This document shows, one piece after another, positions 43,387-52,698 of a DNA stretch of 64,000 nt. How positions within the stretch are numbered: the stretch's first letter is position 1; each line of letters opens with the position of its first letter. The stretch is from positions 195,974-259,973 of the forward strand of contig VRVR01000027.1 of assembly GCA_009859145.1 (NCBI GenBank), in the 5' to 3' direction. The notes below the pieces were generated by a model, which worked only from the letters and a program-made list of their open reading frames with translations, was not told where the DNA came from and did no database searches. Source of the stretch: Andalucia godoyi And28 (lineage: Eukaryota > Protista > Jakobida). The position numbers and the translations under genes were made by a program.

Positions 43387-43884
43387 TTCGAATTTACATA
43401 AGCATGGTCGTCTGGGTCTGCATGACCTTCAGCTGCTCCGGTCGGTCAGGAGGACCGGCAGGTCGGCGACGAAGCGCATCTCGATTTTACATAAGCACGG
43501 TCGTCTGGGTCTGCATGACCTTCAGTCACTCAGGCTGTTCAGCAGGACCGGACGTCGGCGACGAAGCGCATCTCGATTTTACATAAGCACGGTCGTCTGG
43601 GTCTGCATGACCTTCAGTCACTCAGGCTGTTCAGGAGGACGGGACGTCGGCGACGGAGTGCATCTCGATTTTACATAAGCTTTACATAAGCATGGTCGTC
43701 TGGGTCTGCATGACCTTCAGCTGCTCCGGTCGGTCAGGAGGACCGGCAGGTCGGACGGGTGTGATCTCGATTTTACATAAGCTTTACATAAGCATGGTCG
43801 TCGTGGTCTCCATGACCTTCAGTCGCTCCGGTAATTCAGCAGGACCGGAAGGTCGGACGGAGATGATCTCGATTTTACGTAAGA
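43387..43884 (+). repeat. 91-bp tandem array 3 (5 units of 91-93 bp; two 11-bp duplications)
   Basis: Unit starts 43397, 43490, 43582, 43674(+11), 43776(+11) and 43878. Confidence 0.97.
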
Positions 43885-44029
43885 CTGGTGTTTGTGCTCT
43901 GCTGCCTCGCTGAGGTCTTTCAGGAAAGCAGCGATCGTTGAGCTGACAAGACTTGGGATCTTTGAATTGTTTACGTTTTGAATGCAGGGTTTATTGTGCA
44001 AGATCTTGGTTACGTTTCTGCAATTTTTT

Positions 44030-44309
44030 TTGGATTATCGATCGATGCCTGTTTTCTTGCATTCAGCTGGACCCTGGTTTCTCCAGGTGTTCTTCAAGGA
44101 GAATGATACGGCAATTATCGGGTTCGTACTGGTCAATGAATTCGATTTATTTGTATTTTAGCTTCTTCTCTTGTTTCCATGCTTTATACGCAAGTTTGTG
44201 CTGTGCTTGCGTTTCGGCTGGTGTCCAACGTGTTATTGATCCAATGAAGATTTGATCGGGCTGGTTGGCCTCCAATTTTGTGTATCTTGCCTTTTTTTCA
44301 ATTCACCAT
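44030..44309 (-). pseudogene. Decayed duplicate of the 42686..43006 GIY-YIG gene
   Basis: MVN*KKGKIHK, frameshift, EANQPDQIFIGSIT...AYKAWKQ...K*IEFIDQYEPDNCRIILLEE, frameshift, QLNARKQ. Shares upstream GTCACTTCAAAC with the intact copy. Confidence 0.82.
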
Positions 44310-44634
44310 TCGTTTCCTGTTATCTTCTGTTCTTGTTTCGGAGAAAGAAGAACGATGCAACAACGATAAAAAGCCAAAAAGAATTGTGCTATAATGTACG
44401 TCTTGTCACTTCAAACTTTTAAACGGACCGATCGAAGCTTCGAAAAGAAATTCGCTCTGTCGTCGACGTACAAGCAGATGTGAACGACAGTCGTGCAGGT
44501 ATGATCAGACGCGGACTGAGATTTCCTGGAGAATCGAATTCGTTCCCAGAGAGCATTTTTAAAGACGGTCAAGCAAAAGCAAACGGTTCAGTTGTAAGGT
44601 TTTACTCGATTCGAGTGATCCACTTCTTAAGAAA

Positions 44635-46386
44635 ATGAACGGTATAGGTGCGCAACAGAACAGTGGTCAACTCCAACCTGCAGCGATCGGCCCGAAGTCA
44701 CCAGTCTTCCGTACGACAGGAGGCATAGGAAGAAGCGTAAACCCGGAAGCATCAGAACGCAGACATACTCCCGATCCAGATGCGCAGTCTTGCATTCGCG
44801 CCCCATACCCAGATGTATGGAGTCAGCGCATAGACAAGACGCAATTGCGAGGAGCACAGCGAGAAGCAATTGCAGCAGTTCATTTGCATTTTCACCAGCT
44901 GAAGATCGAGGATGATCTGAACGTCATTCGAACTTTCGTGGAAAAGGAACATCTTCTGAAAAACAAGCTTGCGGAAAACGACAGGGAGAGAGATGATCGC
45001 CTCGAAACGGAACTGAGAGGAGTGCAGAGGCAGACAAGAATTCGCGCAGAGCGCAACAAACCAGCATTGATTCACCTTCCAATGGGGATGGGTAAAACAG
45101 GGATCGCAATGACTCTTCCGTTCGGTATGGTGAATGGACGAGTGCTCTTCGTCGCTCCAAACCGAGAAATTGCTCGCGAAGCTGTGAGGAATGCCGCATG
45201 GAAGTCAGCGAAGTGCTTCATCCGAAACATTAGAGTCCTTTCCACGGATAGTCGACATCCCTCGATTGGAGTGATTGTGAGCGCGAACGGGAATCCAGAG
45301 ACCATGCGTGAATTGGCAAGCCTGGAGGTCGTTGCTGCAGACCCGAGTTGTTTAAATCAACTTCGTGATTGTGATTTCATAATTACAACACGACATCGCT
45401 TGCAGAATACGAGAGGATCACTTCAACAGCTTCCGCGAGACTACTTCGATCTCATCATCGTGGATGAAGCGCACCACGCCACCTCTTGCACTTATCGCCA
45501 GATCCGCAAGCACTTCGTCACTGCAAGGCTCGTGTACATGACCGGAACACCGCATCGCGCAGACGGAACGCAGTTGGACGCGACACTCATTTACCGCTGT
45601 CCACGAAAGCAAGCATTTGAAGAAAGGGCCTGGAAACAACTCGTCGTGGAAACCATCGAAGTATCCGAGCTGATATTTCTTGCATCAAAGCCATGTGAAA
45701 AACCTATTGTGTTCAACTCTTGTGAAAAAGTCCGACGAGCAGGATACTTGAAATGGGTTCGAAACAGTGTAGCACGATCGCGAGCAACCATGGAATGGAC
45801 CGTGGAACGTGTACTGCAGTTATTGAGAGAGAAGAACAGACCGGGGACGTCGATTCACCACCAGGCGATTCTGCAAGCCATGGATTTGCAACACGCAATC
45901 CAGCTTCAAGAAATCTTTAATTCTCATGCAGAGAACGGCGATGAGCGATTCAAAGCAATTGCAATCGGATCTAGAAATATTCCATGCTACCCGATGCAAC
46001 TAAGATCTTCCAATGACTTGCGAAACTTCCGAGAAGGGGGATATGACGCTGTTGTGCACGTGGGAACCCTAGGAGAAGGCTTTGATTTGAAAAGTCTCTC
46101 CATCTGTGGCATCTGTCGGCCGTTCGCATCACAAGCACCTTTGGACCAGCTTATTGGCAGAGTGATCCGAGCATTTTCTCCAGATACCCAAGGACTCGAT
46201 CCTAGCATAGACAATGTGGCTCATATTGTTGTCCACGATGCTCTTGGACTGGGGGCCATGATACGCGCTTTCGTTACAGAGGACCGCTTGCAACTGAGAT
46301 TTCGAGGAAAACGAGGTCTTGCGAGAGGAACGCCTCAAGTGAGTCAGTCGATTTCGAACAGGCACGTGCGGACGCACCGTTTGTGA
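44635..46386 (+). CDS. Superfamily 2 helicase/ATPase, DEAH type, type III restriction Res-subunit-like, 583 aa
   Basis: Q-motif-like LRGAQREA, IHLPMGMGKTG (I), LFVAPN (Ia), LIIVDEAHH (II), MTGTPHR (III), VGTLGEGFD (V), QLIGRVIR (VI). Confidence 0.88.
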   Translation: MNGIGAQQNSGQLQPAAIGPKSPVFRTTGGIGRSVNPEASERRHTPDPDAQSCIRAPYPDVWSQRIDKTQLRGAQREAIAAVHLHFHQLKIEDDLNVIRTFVEKEHLLKNKLAENDRERDDRLETELRGVQRQTRIRAERNKPALIHLPMGMGKTGIAMTLPFGMVNGRVLFVAPNREIAREAVRNAAWKSAKCFIRNIRVLSTDSRHPSIGVIVSANGNPETMRELASLEVVAADPSCLNQLRDCDFIITTRHRLQNTRGSLQQLPRDYFDLIIVDEAHHATSCTYRQIRKHFVTARLVYMTGTPHRADGTQLDATLIYRCPRKQAFEERAWKQLVVETIEVSELIFLASKPCEKPIVFNSCEKVRRAGYLKWVRNSVARSRATMEWTVERVLQLLREKNRPGTSIHHQAILQAMDLQHAIQLQEIFNSHAENGDERFKAIAIGSRNIPCYPMQLRSSNDLRNFREGGYDAVVHVGTLGEGFDLKSLSICGICRPFASQAPLDQLIGRVIRAFSPDTQGLDPSIDNVAHIVVHDALGLGAMIRAFVTEDRLQLRFRGKRGLARGTPQVSQSISNRHVRTHRL

Positions 46387-46583
46387 CTCTGCGAAAACCC
46401 TGTTGTCCGTCAAAACAGGGGGGTATGCGCCTGGTAGGCCGGTACGGATTGGTGTCATTCTTTTGTTCTGCAGAAACAAAACCAGAACCAAAAAAAAATT
46501 CTTTCCTTTTTCTTTTCTTCTCTTTTTTTCCCCCCTTCTTATTTTCTCCTTTCTCCTGTTTTTACTATTTAAACCCGCGAACA

Positions 46584-47606
46584 ATGACGATCGACGATTA
46601 TTCACTTCCGCTGTGGAACCTTGAGAATGATGCGATAGATAGCCCCGGTCTGTTTGACAGCTTTGGCAGTCTTTTCGCAGAAAAGGAGGTATCCGCAGAC
46701 GCTCCTGTTACGCAGACCCCCAATCAGGGGTTGGACAATGTTGATCCAACGGTACCACATTCGATGACAGAGCCTGTGGATACTGGATACGACGTCAGTG
46801 ATTCTGATGTCACGAGCGACCTGTCCGTGGATGCAGTTTCGACAAACTGTGAATCTGTCGGGACACCGGATCAGATTTCTGAGCATGATGTTGCTCGTCT
46901 CGTCTCGACGTCAAGTATCCCAGCTGCATCTTGGCCACAGTCTGTATGCGGTGCGATGGGTGAGACGCTCGGACATACTGTGAATGGTGTTCCATTGACA
47001 GTGTGCGTCTCATGGCAACATGAATCTGCTTTTGACCTCAGCGCTGGATATCTTCCAGTCCTGGGAAGTAAGCGAGAAGTGCTTGAAGGAAGGGACGGTC
47101 GTGTGTCTGTATTCATTGCCTCACCGTGGTTCTCCTCCCCGGTCACCGCTTTCTTGACTCTCGAGGATGTTAAATCAGGATCACTGGTTGATTTTGAGAC
47201 TGGCGAGTTTTGTAGCAACCTCTCCGCGATGCCTTTATCTACTGGCTACAATCCATGGACCAGATTGATTGAGCTGTATGGCTCTCATCACTTCTGCTTC
47301 AAACACGCCACTGTTCGAGAGAAACGGGATCTTCGACTCGTGGTCTCCATCTTTGCGGAAGGGACATTCTTTTCAGTGAAGAGCCAACCCTTCCGCGTTC
47401 TGTCCCGCAAACACCGATGCGTGGAATCAGAACAGGCAGACTTGATCTGCCACAAGGTTTTCTTTTGCATCATCGATGCTCTGTGCTCGCTTCTTTTCAT
47501 AATCCTCATTCTTCACGTAATATTCGCGTGGAGGATTGTGGAAGCCGGGTACGCCCAACTGTCGAATTTATTATGGACAGCTTCTCATCTTGAATTTAAT
47601 ATGTAA
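46584..47606 (+). CDS. Hypothetical protein with acidic N-terminus and possible Ig-fold DNA-binding domain; 3' end may be spliced
   Basis: ATG at 46584 follows a long pyrimidine tract; LRLVVSIF...VKSQPFRVLSRK beta-rich end. The T-rich segment after AAG|GT at 47457 may be an intron. Confidence 0.55.
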   Translation: MTIDDYSLPLWNLENDAIDSPGLFDSFGSLFAEKEVSADAPVTQTPNQGLDNVDPTVPHSMTEPVDTGYDVSDSDVTSDLSVDAVSTNCESVGTPDQISEHDVARLVSTSSIPAASWPQSVCGAMGETLGHTVNGVPLTVCVSWQHESAFDLSAGYLPVLGSKREVLEGRDGRVSVFIASPWFSSPVTAFLTLEDVKSGSLVDFETGEFCSNLSAMPLSTGYNPWTRLIELYGSHHFCFKHATVREKRDLRLVVSIFAEGTFFSVKSQPFRVLSRKHRCVESEQADLICHKVFFCIIDALCSLLFIILILHVIFAWRIVEAGYAQLSNLLWTASHLEFNM

Positions 47607-48148
47607 ATAGAGGACTCAAATTCACAAATGAGAATCATTTACACGTAGAATTGGGTTTGGAGCAACGCAGATGATTGATATGCTCGAGGATATTCACAAG
47701 CGATAAATAGGAAATAAATCTGAAAGAACTACAAATCGAAGATATGCTCCACGTGATACGTTTCCATGACGAGAGAGACAACATTTCTTTCGAGTTTCCT
47801 TTGGGCAGAGAATCGTGTTTTTTCTTGGGAAGATCTGCTCAGACAGCTTTCCTTCATCTGCTCGTACCTGCACGACTTTCAAATGACTGACAAAATGGGC
47901 AAACGCTTGTGGAAAGACTGCTCGCATCTCCTTGACTCTGCAGTCTACTTCTGCACGCATCTGCACGACTTCACTTTCTTTCAAAAGAAGTCCGAATGTG
48001 GTGGCGCTTGCCGCGGTCTTGCGTAACATTTATAAATCAGATGTGCAGCATGTTTTCGCAATCCCTTCTTTCTCTTTTTTCTTTTCGTTTACTCAAAACC
48101 CCTCTTCCTTCCTTCTTCCATCCCAACCCAACGAAAACAACAGAAGCC

Positions 48149-49159
48149 ATGAGCTCCAACAATTCACCTGTGTCCAGCAACAAGCCTCGTGATCAGTCCA
48201 CCGTTCGTGATGAGACGATTCTCCCTCATTCCAAGCCGGCGGCGCACGATTCCAAGCGTTCTCCCCTGCAGTCGGTTTCCAAGATGTCTCCGAAGTCACC
48301 GACGGCTCCTGTCAATCGTCCTCGCAAAACAATCTCTGATGAAGAGATCGAGGGCGAGCTTTCAGCTGGCGTGCGTGACAAGGCGCCCATGAACGCGAAG
48401 CGCCGCGTTGACGACGATGATATGCCAACCTTGGAGCTCGATGACGCGCAGGAAATCCCGAAGCCTCGTCCGCAGACGTCCTTGCCCAAGACTCCTGTCA
48501 AGCGCCCTCGCGACGTGACATCGGACGAAGATGCCGAGAACAAGCCTTCGTCTGGAATGCGTGGCAAAGCGCCGATGAAAGCGAAGCGCCGCGCTGACGA
48601 TGATGATGCCTTAGCCTCCGGAACGGACGACGATCAGGAGGACCCGGAGCCTCTTCCGCAGAAGCGCTTGAAGGATGGCAATCGCTTTGCCACCACCTCC
48701 GACCATGTGGCCTCTTCGTCATTGTCCAAGGCTTCTGTGAAGCAGGCTTGCGAACGGATGTCAGATGCCAAGGTAGCGGAAAAATTGTCTCAGCTCAAGG
48801 CGTCATCAGCGGTCCTGCGTCGCAAAGTAAGCGAGAACGCGTCTTCTGACGAAGACGGAGGCGAAGGCTCTGAATCAGATGCGCACGATGAAGACGTGGA
48901 TGACAACCGTGGCGCAGGATCTCTTCAGGGAACGACTGGTGCCGCTGACGAACATGCCGCCTCGAAGCATCAGGAAGCAAAGAAGGCCGCGCAGTCCTCC
49001 AAGAAGCGGAAGACTCCCGTCCAACGCAAGAAGCCCTTCTGGATCAAGTTTACTGTGTCAAATGATGACGAGCTGAACGGCATTTACCGTCTTGTAGCGT
49101 CTTTTCTCACGACGCTGAAAACTCACAAGGTCGAGCGCAGTCCTCGACCCAAGGCATAG
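48149..49159 (+). CDS. Low-complexity, largely disordered protein with an internal duplication, about 336 aa
   Basis: SAGVRDKAPMNAKRRVDDDD versus SSGMRGKAPMKAKRRADDDD; short folded-looking C-terminus FWIKFTVSNDDELNGIYRLV. Confidence 0.7.
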   Translation: MSSNNSPVSSNKPRDQSTVRDETILPHSKPAAHDSKRSPLQSVSKMSPKSPTAPVNRPRKTISDEEIEGELSAGVRDKAPMNAKRRVDDDDMPTLELDDAQEIPKPRPQTSLPKTPVKRPRDVTSDEDAENKPSSGMRGKAPMKAKRRADDDDALASGTDDDQEDPEPLPQKRLKDGNRFATTSDHVASSSLSKASVKQACERMSDAKVAEKLSQLKASSAVLRRKVSENASSDEDGGEGSESDAHDEDVDDNRGAGSLQGTTGAADEHAASKHQEAKKAAQSSKKRKTPVQRKKPFWIKFTVSNDDELNGIYRLVASFLTTLKTHKVERSPRPKA

Positions 49160-50210
49160 TCCCGTCTTGGTTCTGCTTGACAGAACACGGTGCGTTACTT
49201 TCCCTGTTCGTTACTAATAAACGCATCCTGTGCATCGATCTGTCTAGTTCCGTTCAATTCAGTGAAGATCGGTACACGCCGTGTACAGATAATCTCGGTT
49301 GCCCGGGAGAATCGTTTGGCCTGCTAATCAAAGCGGATGAGAATCTGTTGTAGAACCGCCTTTTCTTTTTCGTTCATGCAACACGCAAAACATTCCTCTG
49401 GTAAAATAGAAAGCGTTAGCGGACGAACACGTCAATCATCTGCTTGATCCTCGATGCAGTGGTGAAAGTACATACTCAACCTTGGAGCATCAGGCTTATG
49501 CTATCTCATGAGATACGAAGCATCTGTTTTTCTCATTGAGCTCGAAGGAGACAGTTTCGATTTCTGTGTGCATGATCAGCAGTGATTGCAGTGTGCTGGT
49601 CCATCCCGATCTGATGAGGCACGAGGCATCTCGGTTTACTAATTGAACAAGGTGGAGACGCTTCTGGTTTACGGTTGACCTCTGAGCAATGTAAGAATGG
49701 TGCTGGTCCGTTCGGACCTTCATGGTTTATGTAACAACTCTTTTCTAATTGAGAAAAGAAATGCCTTGCCATGACGGGTCCACCGCTTCTCATTTTCCGT
49801 TAAATGCTAGTGAGCGCTGACCTCGACGGGATGCGACGCTTGTGAATCACATAAAGAGACCAAAAGACGAAAAAGGTTCGATTCAATCCATTAACAAGAA
49901 AGGCACGCCTTTCGAGAAGAAAACACATTTACAATTTGTTTCGACGGGCTCAGCTTTTGAAATAGGAAAGCACAGTTTACGGTAGATCGTGGAAATCCGG
50001 GTCATTTCAGCGGAGCAGATCCAGTCCGAGGTTACAAGCAGAATGACTTCAGCTTTCGTTTCCCGAAGTCTGGAACGATGAGCAAGCGCATTCCAGTCCG
50101 TCTCGGAAATACAACCCGCGTAACTCACAGCATATATAAACATACGCAGGACAACTTATCATGGAGATGATTTTCTTGTTTTCTTCAGTTTGTGAACATT
50201 CGCATCGAAT

Positions 50211-51287
50211 ATGTCTCAGGGATTTGAAATTGTGGGCAGCCACAACGGAGCATTGATCACGATCCAGGAAGCGCACGTCGTCAGCGTAGGACGAACCGTC
50301 ATTACATCCCCGGAAATCATGCAGTGGGTTCAGAAAACCATGGAAGAGAAAGCAAAGGTGGCAACAGAGAGTGCGGGAGAATTCGATGAACCTCGTTCCG
50401 AGCCCGATTCGGTGATAAAATTCCCTGCAACACAGACCGTGGAACAACGCATACGAGCGTTGAAAAACGCTATCCTTGCGTCCCGTTTCAACAACTTCAC
50501 GGCGACCCAGGAGCTGGAAGATATACTCGGGCCTGATACAACCTTGTCAAATCTGTTGGATCGATGTGTGCGTTTCTTCGAGCATGGGCAGTACATCCGG
50601 ATCCTGCCAATCGCCCTGTTCGCTCTGGCCGTGAAGAGGAGTAAGGACGACGAAGAGTCAGGGGATCGTCAAACCCTCTCCGCACTTTCCGAAGTACCGG
50701 TTGGCAAAAAAGCGGACAGAGGAAGCATGAAGGCACTCAGGGACCGCATGATCAAAGAGATTCAAGATTTTGCGGGTCCTGCAAAAGTCGAGTTCATGAA
50801 CGCGATTCCGAGCTGCCACCGAATGAACCAGTATCTCTGGCTGGGAAAGCTGTACGCGGAGTATGAATTGTTTCGACGCCTGACCCAGTTCCCTGCTGGG
50901 CGCATGGTCGACTACATGGCAGTCGAAGTGCTTTCGGAGATTCATCAGTGGCTGTATACCGAGGCGCCTCCAGACGATGCGGATGTCACTTCTGCCCCCG
51001 CACCCGACCCCGACCAGTCCGTTCCGGAAACTGAAACAGAAGACGAAGCTTCTGAAGAAATGCCGAACGATTCTGACGAACAGCTCAACGCTGAATCATC
51101 GAACCGCAGTCGCCCGAAACTGACGCTGGGCCGCCACCACGGCTTGAAGAAGAAGAAGATCCAGAAACGCCGTATGCTCGCAGAGAAACACCGCACATAT
51201 GTGCAAAATGCGAGTCGACTGTCTCGAAACAACGAAGCTTCGAATTCGAATGCATATCATGATAGGAACGCGATCGCAGATGGATGA
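50211..51287 (+). CDS. Hypothetical protein, 358 aa, helical core plus acidic/basic tail
   Basis: ATG-initiated long ORF; basic KKKKIQKRR NLS-like stretch; no family recognised. Confidence 0.65.
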   Translation: MSQGFEIVGSHNGALITIQEAHVVSVGRTVITSPEIMQWVQKTMEEKAKVATESAGEFDEPRSEPDSVIKFPATQTVEQRIRALKNAILASRFNNFTATQELEDILGPDTTLSNLLDRCVRFFEHGQYIRILPIALFALAVKRSKDDEESGDRQTLSALSEVPVGKKADRGSMKALRDRMIKEIQDFAGPAKVEFMNAIPSCHRMNQYLWLGKLYAEYELFRRLTQFPAGRMVDYMAVEVLSEIHQWLYTEAPPDDADVTSAPAPDPDQSVPETETEDEASEEMPNDSDEQLNAESSNRSRPKLTLGRHHGLKKKKIQKRRMLAEKHRTYVQNASRLSRNNEASNSNAYHDRNAIADG

Positions 51288-51991
51288 GATTTCGAGAAGT
51301 CTTTCGGGGAATGTGTCTTTCTAAGCTGCAGCTGCAATTCTTGTGGCACACAAACGGACAAGTATCGATTAAGGCGCTGGAAATGCCGCCAACGTTCCAC
51401 TGCTGAAGAAAATGCTTGCTTCTTCTGTTTTGATATGCTGAATAAATTGACAGTAACACGACCAAAGACGTCCCTGCTGTTCCCACATTGACTGAGCAGG
51501 AGATACATGAGAGTGTGGCTCTCGAACCGATGACATACATCTTCACAGAATACCATGAATCCGATGAAACAGACGAGATCTTTGACTCTTCGTCCAGCCC
51601 TCAAGAAATCAACGCGGGCAACTTCGAAGTTGTAAGTACGACCTCATCGTCTGGACCATGCACTGCAATCCTCTGTAGGCCGAGCTTCGATGAAACACAA
51701 GGATACACGACTTTGATGGAATACTTTGGAGTGATTTATAAGCAGGATTATGTTCGAATGATGAAAAAGCGAACGAAAGAACAGAGAACGAACGTTGGCC
51801 GGGTCTTTACAGTAACCGATGAAAGCCGTCGTAACAGCGACTCCAAACTGTGCTCCGAAGGATTCCGTTTGCAGAAGATTCGCATGCATTGCACATTCCA
51901 TATTAGGATGAGCAACGGAGATCTGCTCGCATTCGCATGACTCGGAAGACTTGGCGACGAAAAAGAATTTGAACGAGGTTCTGAAGATCAT
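51257..51991 (-). pseudogene. Decayed paralog of the C-terminal KEN region of the 53862..57206 gene
   Basis: VFCEDVCHRFESHTLMYLLLSQCGNSRDVFGRV versus VFRQDACHRYESHTLVYLLLSQSGKNGDLFGRI. VKDLVCFIG sits at the position of the (D)LLRFIRN motif. In-frame TGA at 51644-51646 joins two track ORFs. Confidence 0.65.
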
Positions 51992-52104
51992 AAAGCTGTT
52001 CCATCATCTTGTTTTTTCTTTTTTTTCTTCTTTTTCTCTTCTCACTGAGTCTGCCAACTTCTTTCCCCTCTTATTTCTTCTCGAAAAGTAACTGCAGAAT
52101 CCTG

Positions 52105-52698
52105 ATGTCTGAACAAGTCACCGCCGTGAAGTCTCCGCGAAGCCAAACGTTGGCAACCGCTCAGGAACTCCGCAGCATCTCTCCGTCTGCGTCTTCCTCC
52201 AACATAGCCGCAGTCGAAGCTGGAAATCTTGCTGAAGACTCCAAGTTGCTTCCACGTTCAATCAAGCATAATTTCGACGAAATTTCTAACAAGATGGATG
52301 CCAATCCATCCAAGAAGGCGAAGCCAGCCAACGGCCCTTCAAACGCCGCTTCTGGCCTTCCCAAGGAATGCACGCCTCTTTCTGCCTTGAAGAAGTGTGA
52401 GCTCAACCATGCGCAGCAGGAAGACGACGGATCGTCGGCTTCAGAGTCCGAGATCGAATCGGAGACGGAATTGGCGCAGGACCGTGAGTCGCGGAACCGT
52501 CTCGCGGGCAATCTCGCAGAAACAGCACCGCCCAACCGTGATGGTGGTGCATCAATGTCATTCGAGGACAAGAGAGCTCCTGAGGTCGATCCCGAGTCCA
52601 GCTACGGTGCGCCACTCGTCGATCCTACTGTGGCCGCTTCTGATTCTTGCTCTGCGAAGAACGGTGGCAGGAAGTCCCACCGTCACTCTCCGTTGTGA
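52105..52698 (+). CDS. Low-complexity disordered protein, about 197 aa; may be frameshifted near the 3' end
   Basis: ATG after a long pyrimidine tract; Ser/Ala/Glu-rich. Confidence 0.5.
   Translation: MSEQVTAVKSPRSQTLATAQELRSISPSASSSNIAAVEAGNLAEDSKLLPRSIKHNFDEISNKMDANPSKKAKPANGPSNAASGLPKECTPLSALKKCELNHAQQEDDGSSASESEIESETELAQDRESRNRLAGNLAETAPPNRDGGASMSFEDKRAPEVDPESSYGAPLVDPTVAASDSCSAKNGGRKSHRHSPL

Noticed and set aside
24578-43884. 91-bp arrays as CRISPR arrays
   Set aside because: Units are homologous along their whole length, with no unique spacers and no cas genes; the context is eukaryotic.
24578-43884. 91-bp units as functional tRNA-Glu(CTC) genes or hammerhead ribozymes
   Set aside because: U33/R37, a proper T-arm and an acceptor stem are missing; no CUGANGA/GAAA hammerhead core. 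Kept only as a tRNA-like structural hypothesis.
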